A DNA stretch of 15,249 nucleotides from Didymodactylos carnosus. Taxonomy: Eukaryota. The first letter of the stretch is position 1. Every line of letters starts with the position of its first letter. The notes under the pieces were generated by a model. That model had not been told where the DNA came from, did no database searches, and worked only from the letters and a program-made list of their open reading frames with translations. Of the stretch, positions 1-8,419 are shown one piece after another. Where the stretch lies: contig CAJNOQ010005477.1 of assembly GCA_905250885.1 (NCBI GenBank), forward strand, positions 1 through 15,249. The letters run 5' to 3'. The translations under genes and the position numbers were made by a program.

Positions 1-226
1 ACTTCATTTGATAGAGAACTTCAAGGGCTATCCAAATCACTATTCAGATTTGATCTAGCCACTCGGCTTCATCGAAAAATTTCAAAAATACAGTGGCTGT
101 ATAATTTTTTCCAGTACTGTATATATCACTACCAAAAAAAGTCACACAAAATCTGTGGGAAAGTCATAGCAAAAATGTTGTGTCTTTGCAGTATCACATT
201 TTTGCTGTTGAGTTCAACGTCTTTAA

Positions 227-364
227 CCCTTTCGGGACCGGTGTGGCTTTAAAGATCATTGAAATTTCACGTGATCTGGCTTGATGAATCTGACAAAAAT
301 AAATCATTTTTGAAAATTTGAAAAATTTGTAATTTTTCCGCAGAATAGGCCGGTCCTGAAAGGG
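227..364. mobile_element. 138-bp piggyBac-like miniature inverted-repeat element, flanked by TTAA at 223-226 and 365-368
   Basis: Terminal inverted repeats 'CCCTTTCGGGACCGG' (227-241) and 'CCGGTCCTGAAAGGG' (350-364), 14/15 complementary. The ends are CCC...GGG and abut TTAA on both sides, as in piggyBac-superfamily elements. No ORF is present. Confidence 0.55.
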
Positions 365-662
365 TTAATGCTGAATGAAACGGCTTCGCCGTGAAATTAG
401 CAAAAAACATTACTGTGATCGCTTTTACTGTCATCTTTTGGTGTCACGGTTTTCGTTTTTCACATAATGTCACACTTTTTCCGTTCCAAGCAACACATTT
501 CGCGAACATTATAAGGAAATTATTAAAAAAATTAAATTAAAAATCGGTGGTCCTGATGCTTGTGTTCTTCAATATAAAGAGTTTTTTATTCCTGGTGACT
601 CAGATTACGTGTCTTAAAACGCAAAAAAAAACTTTTGGAACTTTTGCATTAGCGGCATCTTA

Positions 663-792
663 GCTGTAAACACACATTTGAGCAGTTTTAAACACAATTT
701 TCAGTTGCTGTAAACTTTCGGGATGAAATTGTCACTGATTAAATTTCAATTTAAATTTGGTATTTACGGCTACCGAAATGTGTGTTTACAGC
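663..792. mobile_element. 130-bp inverted-repeat element with TA target duplication (Tc1/mariner- or Stowaway-like)
   Basis: Inverted repeats 'GCTGTAAACACACATTTG' (663-680) and 'CAAATGTGTGTTTACAGC' (775-792), 17/18 matching. TA dinucleotides sit immediately outside both ends (661-662 and 793-794). Confidence 0.5.
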
Positions 793-1915
793 TACTTAAT
801 GGACTAGTAACAGACAGTGCACTATCGATCGGATGTTGTTAGACACAAATTTTAAAGATTATTAGGATATATTATTACATGTTCTATGTTATAATCCAAC
901 AGTTCAATAGGAAGTTTTCACATTTTTGCTTCGCAGATGCAACGCTGACAATCTTTTTTAGAAGCTTTGAATGACACATACATAACTTTTAATATTAAAA
1001 TAAAGTAGATGACTTTCCTTTTCACGTTACAAAATTATTATTGCTTTTGTTTAAAAATGACTGGAGGGTATGGATTTCTTTAGCCATGGTTGTTCCAAAC
1101 TAGCATCTGATACAGTGCAAAAAGCTAATAAAGTTTTTTTCAAATAAAATTAACTAAGAAAAGAAAAAACTACTAGTGAAATTTCATATAAGAAGATAGT
1201 CTGCAAAAGAAAATACTTGAAGGTCTGTAAAAAGTTGGATCACGCTACTGCAGAGGTCGGTACCCATAGGTTCCGTTCAATTACGATAAGCTCAATAATC
1301 TTTACACAGAAAACATGTGTTGCAAGTTTGATTATTTTTCCGCAGTAACTGTTTTTATACAAACTTCCAATTATATGAAAAAAAGCTTGAAACGTTCCTC
1401 TATCCAAAAAAAAGAACAACCTTGAAGGTTAGTTAAGAAATGGCGAAAATATTCAAGGCTTTGTTTAGTGTGGACTGGAAAAACTATTAAAGAGAAAATT
1501 TTTCCAGAAGCAGGGGGAGCTTACACACACCCCCACACACCCCCTTTAGCCACGGCACTGTTGAATATAAATGATAGCTGGTTTAGAAACAGTGAAAAGC
1601 TTCAAAATGCCCTTTTGTGAGTTCATTTAGTTTTCATCATCCTAATTCTTCTAACCGATATTTGGATTGTGTAATTGTAATGCTTTAATATCAAACGGTT
1701 TTAGTGACAACTGACTTCATTTAACAGTATCACATTAATTGTGGCGCCGTACGTTCACTCTATCAACTGACAAATGCGATTTATACCGTCACCTATCTTA
1801 GCTTTATCTATTGGGTAGCTTAATGGATCAATAGGTATTCCATAGATGAGCAAGGTTTCTCAGCGCAAGCTGGCAATTTTGTATGACCTTTACGTTCAGT
1901 AAAGGGAGCACATGC

Positions 1916-1968
1916 AAAGTATTGTTTTATTTGTTATATTGAAAGAAAAAGAGAAACCCGACAAAAAA
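1916..1968 (+). repeat. About 53-bp direct repeat, copy A; its partner is at 3172..3224
   Basis: 'aaagtattgttttatttgttatattgaaagaaaaagagaaacccgacaaaaa' versus 'aaagtactattttatttattatattgaaagacaaggacgaaacccgacacaaa', about 85% identity. The similarity does not extend beyond these blocks. Confidence 0.5.
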
Positions 1969-2811
1969 AGACTATAAATTTCCCTTTCATTTTTCTTTCC
2001 ACTTTTCACTATAGAATAATGAAGAAAAGAAAAAGAACGTAGAAATAAATCTATCGGTGAGCACAGTAAACAAATAAATAAGTATAATATTTTGTAGAGT
2101 GGTATGAGCACTCTGACATAAGTGACGACATCATTTCTGTTTTATGCTCTATTTTAAAATATTATTAAAAAAAAGAGCACTGTCATCATATACATGAAAA
2201 AGTTACACGTTAATATTAAATATAAATAGAAGTATTCATGTGAAGGAGGAAAAAACGAATTGGGCCATACCATTCCAAAACGCTTTTCTCCCCTTGATGC
2301 ATATTCATGCGAAATATCAGTATATTTGTTTAACTGAAAGCCATTTACGTGTAAATTACTCAAAAGTAAGAGCGTTAATCTTGTTTAGACTGCATTAAAA
2401 AAGTTCAATCATTCTCCCTAGATGCATCTGAGAAGTATGTTCCACTGTGCTCGCGTTCTAAGATTGGACTATTTTGCCTGTAGGACATACTTTTATTATC
2501 ACTAAATTTTGAGACTTTATAGACAGCTATTACAGAGTTTGAGAAAAATATTTTAGTACAAGTAAATCTAAATATGAAACATTCAAAATTAATACTGATT
2601 ATTTCCTTTTGCATATAATAGGCACGGTATTTTGAAAGCACGAGAACTGTAAGCGGACAACTACAAAAATACTTAGTCTATGCCACTCTATTTATTAGCT
2701 TTCGTAGCCCATGTTGGCTGCCTAACGAAGGAAAAATTAAGTGAGACATTATTATGTTATATGAACTTTTATAATTTAAGATCGTCTGTTCTGACTAATT
2801 CTGCATCTAAA

Positions 2812-3171
2812 ATGTCTGAAAATACTAAAGATTCTCCTCACTCACTGAGTATTTTAACATTTGGTACGCAACCTACAATAGCAAAATCAGTTAGTGATGA
2901 ATTACGATTAAAAGGTATTGATGCTAAAGGAATTGTTGTAATTAATTCATCTGATGGTGATAAAGAAATTGCTCAGGTAGTTAAAGAAAAAAATTGGGAT
3001 GGTTTATTAATCGGTGGTGGTGTACGAAGCAATCCAGAATGGCTTGATCGTATTGTCAAAATTGTAAATGACAGCAATCCAAATGTTAAAATCATCGATC
3101 ATAATGGTCCGAAAGATGTAGAAAATGCAATTGAAAGACATTTTAATATAAAATTGCCATTATCAACATAA
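2812..3171 (+). CDS. Intronless 119-codon ORF of unknown function, predicted alpha/beta fold; no family assigned
   Basis: ATG at 2812-2814 to TAA at 3169-3171, inside the longer six-frame ORF 2680..3171. The predicted protein is 'MSENTKDSPHSLSILTFGTQPTIAKSVSDELRLKGIDAKGIVVINSSDGDKEIAQVVKEKNWDGLLIGGGVRSNPEWLDRIVKIVNDSNPNVKIIDHNGPKDVENAIERHF..'. It is clean and non-repetitive, with alternating hydrophobic-strand and helix periodicity, in contrast to the junk ORFs around it. I recognise no family with confidence. Confidence 0.4.
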   Translation: MSENTKDSPHSLSILTFGTQPTIAKSVSDELRLKGIDAKGIVVINSSDGDKEIAQVVKEKNWDGLLIGGGVRSNPEWLDRIVKIVNDSNPNVKIIDHNGPKDVENAIERHFNIKLPLST

Positions 3172-3224
3172 AAAGTACTATTTTATTTATTATATTGAAA
3201 GACAAGGACGAAACCCGACACAAA
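3172..3224 (+). repeat. About 53-bp direct repeat, copy B, beginning 1 nt after the stop codon of the 2812..3171 ORF
   Basis: See copy A. Together the two copies bracket a 1.25-kb segment containing the intronless ORF. Confidence 0.5.
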
Positions 3225-3617
3225 CTAATCTTATTTGTTCTTCTTGTACAAATATCATAATAACAGGTTATGTTTTGTATTAAATTACTTTATTTGTTAA
3301 CTATTTTTGTAATAAATTAACGTTTCTTTACCGTAATGGAGAAGATCTAAACACTAACATTAGAGAGTTAGAAGAATCTTGAAATGTTCTGGTAAAAAAG
3401 CAGATCTTTATATGAGAAAACTAACTCCAAAAGGACTGATCCGATTCAAAACTGTGGTTTTTGGCATACGTGATCTCTCTTCTGGCTTCAAGTTTTCATT
3501 TTTTCTTTCACTAACTCTACTTAGCTTGTTACTTAGCGCTGCTACACCGCTCCCTGGAGGGGAGACGTTATTTAAGAATGCTTATTCTTTCATAAACACC
3601 TGAACCAACGATTCATT

Positions 3618-3810
3618 GATACACCGACATTTCCGCGAACCGTCATTATGTCGACATAGATCATAGGAATTTTTCCCCCAGCTATATTAGGGATTGAAAA
3701 ATTTTCGTATGATCTATGTCGATATAGACCATAGGTAGCAAATTTTTCATAGTATACATTGGATATTGGTGGTATACGTCGACATGATGGCGGTTCGCGG
3801 TACTGTCATG
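3618..3810. mobile_element. About 190-bp palindromic element with three SalI-like GTCGAC cores, flanked by an 8-bp direct repeat GATTCATT (3610-3617 and 3811-3818)
   Basis: Left arm 'ccgcgaaccgtcattatgtcgacatagatcatagg' versus the reverse complement of the right arm 'ccgcgaaccgccatcatgtcgacgtatacc'. There is an internal copy 'tatgtcgatatagaccatagg'. The 8-bp duplication would fit a hAT-like insertion, but the outermost 15 bp of the arms match only partially. Confidence 0.4.
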
Positions 3811-4132
3811 GATTCATTATTAACTTATTTAAATCAATTTATTGTTTATTCAAAGGACGGGGCGGTTATTTGATGGAATCGGCCCCTGCCTGAATTCCAT
3901 CAACACATATGTGGTTAGATGCAGAATAAACAGGAGAACATTTCTAGGTGAGGATCCTACGATAAACGCTTCTCATCTAGCCACTACAATAGATATACCA
4001 TGCGATAGAGAATCTCACGAACTTCAAAATGAGCTAGCTATAAATAAGTCTTTCAAACATATGCCCACATGGTATATCTTGATAAAAGTTGGCGAATCCC
4101 TATGTTTGTTCAGTCTCAGCGGAGTTATATAT

Positions 4133-4298
4133 GGTGAGGGCATCAAAGATGACATACTAAGATTTACCTGCTTGCTAACTAATTTGAAAACATGAAACAT
4201 AAAAGCTTTGCATAATTTTAGCCGCTTATTATGCTTTATTAATTATTTAGAGTATTTATAAAATACAATAAACGTTTCGAATTTCATCATCTATGATA
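4133..4298 (+). repeat. About 170-bp dispersed direct repeat, copy 1
   Basis: 'ggtgagggcatcaaagatgacatactaagatttacctgcttgctaactaatttgaaaacatgaaacataaaagctttgcataattttagccgcttattatgctttattaattatttagagtatttataaaatacaataaacg..' is about 88% identical to 5011..5188. Confidence 0.6.
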
Positions 4299-4444
4299 CC
4301 AAATCCCAAAGCTTTTCCTTCGCCAGCCAATCCTGAATAATGTTTGTGACATGAAAGCGAAATAAGGTGCTGCCGATTCAGAAAGGTAGCATCGTTTTTG
4401 TTTTTCTTCTTTCTGGCATGGTTGAATAGAGTTCATCGGCTTGT

Positions 4445-4470
4445 CCAAAAGTAACGGCGTTACGTTTTGG
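4445..4470. repeat. 26-bp near-perfect palindrome 'ccaaaagtaacgGcgttacgttttgg'
   Basis: Read directly from the sequence. It lies between the two 170-bp repeats. Confidence 0.5.
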
Positions 4471-5010
4471 TCGCACTAAAATGAAATTATATCGGAAACG
4501 AAAATAGTTAAAAAGCTCATTTAAACGCCATTCGATGCAGCTCGTCGACTCTCATTTACGGTATAAAAATGAAACTTTTTGGACGAAGTCTCGAATTTTG
4601 AGAACGGTTTTTGTAGGTCGTTAATAATACATTTTTATAAAATAAAGATAAATGGATCATTTACTTTTAAGAAATAAAGATAAAATAAAGAAATAACGAT
4701 TTGATTTTATGGAATATATGCACTAGATGTGGAAGACCCAGAATTTGTTGTTATTTAGATAAAGTACTTTATTTAGAAAATGTTACTACTTGAAAACACG
4801 TGAACTGTAGGCGTAATTCCAAAAAATAAAGATGAAATAAATGGCTAGTTTTCTTCTTCTGCGACCACGGTTTTTTTCTCGGAATTCGCTGCGCTTGTTC
4901 TATTCAATCTTCTCTTTTAGAGCTGATTTAGTTTTAGTAGATCTGGGTGATTCATCATGACTTAAAACCACTTATTTGCATAATTGAAGAATCATCAGCT
5001 CACGATTTGA

Positions 5011-5188
5011 GGTGAGGGCGAGGCATCAAAGCTGACATACTAAGATTTCCCTGCCTGCTAACTAATTTGAGAACATCAAACATAAAAGCTTTGCATAATT
5101 TTAGCAGCTTATTACGCTTTATTAATTATTTAGAATATTTATAAAATACAATAAATGTTTTGGATCTACCGATTCATCATCAATGATA
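5011..5188 (+). repeat. About 170-bp dispersed direct repeat, copy 2
   Basis: 'ggtgagggcgaggcatcaaagctgacatactaagatttccctgcctgctaactaatttgagaacatcaaacataaaagctttgcataattttagcagcttattacgctttattaattatttagaatatttataaaatacaataaatg..'. It lies about 875 bp downstream of copy 1 in the same orientation. Confidence 0.6.
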
Positions 5189-5626
5189 AACATAAAAGCT
5201 TTATTTCTTTATTTTATCTGTATTTTTTAAAAATAAACTTTTTTCATTGATTTATCGTTATTTTTTTAAATATGACAGACGAGTTTAATCGTGGCAATTT
5301 AAGATTTTTCAGCGTCATTGTTGGATGAAGAAACTGCAAAATACTGATCTTTTGAGAAAACATTCGGTCCACCTAGCTCCATTGAGTTTATAGGGACCAT
5401 TGAGCGGATAGGGAAAGAGTAGTCCAGTACCCATCCACTCGTCGCAACTGATACTTGAACTAGTTCTCAGAGATCAGGGGATGAACATCCTACATACCCG
5501 TTTCTGTCCATCTCTAATACATCGAAAGAAGACATGAAGTATAATAAAAGTGTTTATAATATAATAATTATTTATTACTTCTTCGTATTGTTTTTTCAGA
5601 AATATAAAAATAGCAAAGGAAAACAA

Positions 5627-5687
5627 GCTGGCATGCGCCAGCCCAGGCTCGGCCTACTACCTGGGGCAGGGCTTGCCAGCACCTGCC
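5627..5687. other. GC-rich 61-bp island forming three consecutive 6-bp-stem hairpins (gctggc/gccagc, cccagg/cctggg, ggcagg/cctgcc) in an AT-rich context
   Basis: Complementary segments read directly from the sequence. I find no Pol III box A/B motifs and no T-run terminator. Confidence 0.3.
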
Positions 5688-6632
5688 GATAGGCTACCAA
5701 AAAACCGACAGATTTGCTTGCGTACAGCAAAGTGTTGTTCAGAATACCACATGATGTGCCAAAGCCTGCCGTTGAGAATCATGGAGCCTAAAAGGCTCTA
5801 TAATTCACACGAAATATAGGACACAGGAATTAAATATGCTCTGTACTGAGCTATCACTTTAGTCTATGGTAAAAACATGAACATACATATAAAACGTTTT
5901 CTAAAGAGAATAAAATTAATAAAAAGTACAAAGACAAGTTTTGAAAACACTTTAAAAGATATAGTTTTTGAAGAAAACAAGTGTCTTAGACACTCTTTGC
6001 GGAATCATTTATTGGAGAAATTCTGTCTGCCATTTCCTAAGTTTTATACTCATTTCCTTCTTATTTCGCCTCTTATTTTCCCCTCATTCGCTGATCTTTA
6101 CCCTAATCGTCAAGTTCTTCCCACCCTCTGAGTTTAGTGAATATCCCAAGCGGTTTGGGATTTTTATTATATGGACTTTTCTATACAGTACATCTTTAAA
6201 AAGGTATCATTAAACCATTGTTTAGATAACTGTGGACTGTATGACATAAAGGAAAAAACAGAATAAAAAGAAAAAACATCGGAAAAAGGTGATGCGTTTA
6301 CAGAACTGTAGATGGGTCACTATGACTGGGGGAAAACCTATTAGAATGAAAATAACGATAACGATAAAGTTCATAATGAAATGAATATGAGTGCCTTTCA
6401 CAAGCTTTTTGTGCATCAGAATAAAGCAGTATAGTTTCATAGCAGTATAGTAATTTCATCCTCTTTTCACTTTTCACTTAATCTATTTCTTTCGTTTGTT
6501 TATAAGAGAAAACCTTTCTTTTCCTCTTTCTGCTGGCATATATATATCTGCTTTTCTGTGCATTTGAGTGTGGTATAAGTGTGTTTAAAAATAAAAGTTG
6601 GGAATTCAAAGAGAAACACGATTACCATAAAT

Positions 6633-6854
6633 ATGCCACCCAGTAAAAGAAAAGCACATACTCGTAATTTATTGAGCAAGAGATGGTGTACTGGTAATTT
6701 TTTTGATAAACCACCGCAGCAACAATCATCCTCAAGTGAAGACGAAGAATTTATTAATCTACAACCAGATACCATCGACTTTACCAACAAGCAAATTTCA
6801 ACAGACATCGGTGACTTATACACATTATGTGCACAACAATGTCATCCAAAATAG
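6633..6854 (+). CDS. Candidate small ORF or first exon ('MPPSKRKAHTRNLLSKRWCTGNFFDKPPQQQSSSSEDEEFINLQPD..'), basic N-terminus with an acidic Ser-rich stretch
   Basis: ATG at 6633 lies about 90 bp downstream of a TATA-like run (6538-6548 'atatatatatc'). The composition is non-random, but I recognise no homology. A possible donor AG|gtagga sits just past the stop. Confidence 0.15.
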   Translation: MPPSKRKAHTRNLLSKRWCTGNFFDKPPQQQSSSSEDEEFINLQPDTIDFTNKQISTDIGDLYTLCAQQCHPK

Positions 6855-7072
6855 GGTAGGAGACCTTTTAAGATTTTTTAGAGATCTTTTAGGGTAGGTC
6901 TCTAGCTGCTTCCTATCCGGAGTTATTCAACTTACAACCGACTCCATTGTTCATTGAAGTGGATAGTAGTGAAACTTTTTATACCCAAAAATCTTGGGTT
7001 CAGAAATGCCGCAAGATCTTGGATTCTCGAACCTTGCACTCGTGATTTTGAGTGTAACGCATTTTTTGGGTT

Positions 7073-7369
7073 CTAAATGCAACGGTGTAGTCGTCGACAA
7101 CCATAAATCTTCGCTAGGTTCACAGCATGTCGAGTACAGCCAAATTTTTCCCGTATCTCATTGTATGTCCAGTCTTCAGGTAACAATGACAAAATTCGAA
7201 TTTTTTCCTGGTATGGCAATTTCTGTTGATCATACTGACGATCCATCTTGATGAGATAACTGACCATCGTGCTATCAACCTCTAATATTGACGTTTGACG
7301 GTGTGCTCCTTCAAGCATCGTATCTAAACCCGAAAGGTCCACTAGTGCTTCGCCTTGACCGGGTGCCAT
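7073..7369 (-). pseudogene. ORF fragment with a CENP-B/pipsqueak-type helix-turn-helix signature ('KLPYQEKIRILSLLPEDWTYNEIREKFGCTRHAVNLAKIY'), likely transposase-derived
   Basis: The pattern L.[FY].EK.RI[IL]......Y.EI...F.....[AT][LV]..[IL].K is typical of the N-terminal HTH of pogo/Tigger-family transposases and CENP-B. No DDE domain follows, so I treat it as a remnant. Confidence 0.3.
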
Positions 7370-7436
7370 CGATTCGGTTAGATTTGATACTATTTCTTGA
7401 ATACTTTTCTTGACTTTTGAAGTTAGTCTGCGAATA

Positions 7437-7871
7437 CTACTGCCGGACTGACTCGTGAGTCTGAAGTGGCATCGTTGTTTGGCTTTTGAGAGGACTGAGA
7501 TTCGCAGTCAAAATCCTGTCAGCCGATTGTTTTGTATTGATTCGTTTTTCGAATGTTACGTGCGAGTCCAGTAAAGACGGTAAAGGTGGTATGGTAATTA
7601 TAGTCATCGTATCCGCTGTTTCACTTATTGTCCGATGTTCATAGCATAAACGACCACCAATAGGAAATCCAGCAAGATTATTCACCTGCTCTAACGCTGC
7701 TCGCCTATAATTTTTCTTTGTCGATTGTCTCTTCGTGTCATTCTTGTGATCAGCGTGATAACAGTGATTTTGTGAAGTCCAACCAATACCGTAATTATAG
7801 CGGTGCGTTGGACATATTAATAGACCTTCACGATCAATGTCTATTGTTTGTTGAAGACGACTGAGCAGCAA
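7437..7871 (-). pseudogene. Decayed ORF of probable transposable-element origin with a GIY-YIG-like motif ('GLLICPTHRYNYGIGWTSQNHCYHADHKND')
   Basis: The spacing resembles the G-[IV]-Y..C..C...YIG.T...R..EH signature of GIY-YIG endonucleases as found in Penelope-like elements, but with substitutions. An in-frame stop lies immediately upstream, and I find no reverse-transcriptase motif nearby. Confidence 0.25.
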
Positions 7872-8034
7872 GTCTTTCTCAGTTATTTCGCTTACTAATT
7901 TCTCACACTTTGTGATAATATATCACTTAACTGGCTGTTCTATTACATCATTGTCGAGCTTAACAATGGGCACAGATCCAACAGGTAATGACTCATCATC
8001 TAAAGTTGGAACCACTATTAAGATTCTATTTTAA

Positions 8035-8419
8035 GGGAAGGATAGTGTTCTCCCACAAACATGCCCTCAAATTAGGTCAGTTTGTAGAGAATGCCACTAA
8101 TTAGTGCTAGCCAGAAGTAATTAGTAATTAAAAGACAATCGAGATATCGTTTGTAAACTTCTTTTATATGCAATTATATCTACAAACAATTCTCTATAAA
8201 ACTACATTACAATCAATTGAATGTAAGATTTATATCGAAAATTACATAGGTTTTAAAAGATGCCTCTCAAACTAAAACTTTCAATTCGTTTTGAACTTAT
8301 TAATAACTCTGTCAGTACTTGACCAATGAGTTTTTTTATTGCACAGCCATACTACCGAAGGTGTTCTCTATAAACTGACCAAATCTGAGGGCATGTTTGT
8401 GGAAGGACCCCTCCCCCCC
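8035..8419. mobile_element. About 385-bp element with about 65-bp subterminal inverted repeats, flanked by TTAA (8031-8034 and 8420-8423)
   Basis: Left 'gggaaggatagtgttctcccacaaacatgccctcaaattaggtcagtttgtagagaatgcc' versus the reverse complement of the right end 'ggggggaggggtccttccacaaacatgccctcagatttggtcagtttatagagaacacc'. The internal region is AT-rich and non-coding. Confidence 0.5.

Noticed and set aside
3195-3225. 'ggacgaaacccgac' and its partner near 1950, considered as a hammerhead-ribozyme core (CGAAAC) of a SINE such as those known from some flatworms
   Set aside because: There is no CUGAUGA box and no helix I/II/III arrangement. It is just part of the 53-bp direct repeat.
5390-5480. 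Possible tRNA or SINE head ('..catccactcgtcgcaactgatacttgaactagttctcagagatcagggg..')
   Set aside because: I could identify no cloverleaf, and no box A/B or T-loop GTTCGA motif.
5877-6440. Overlapping ORFs 5877..6131(+), 5968..6213(+) and 6222..6440(-)
   Set aside because: They are Phe/Leu/Ile-rich translations of AT-rich low-complexity DNA, overlap one another and show no homology.
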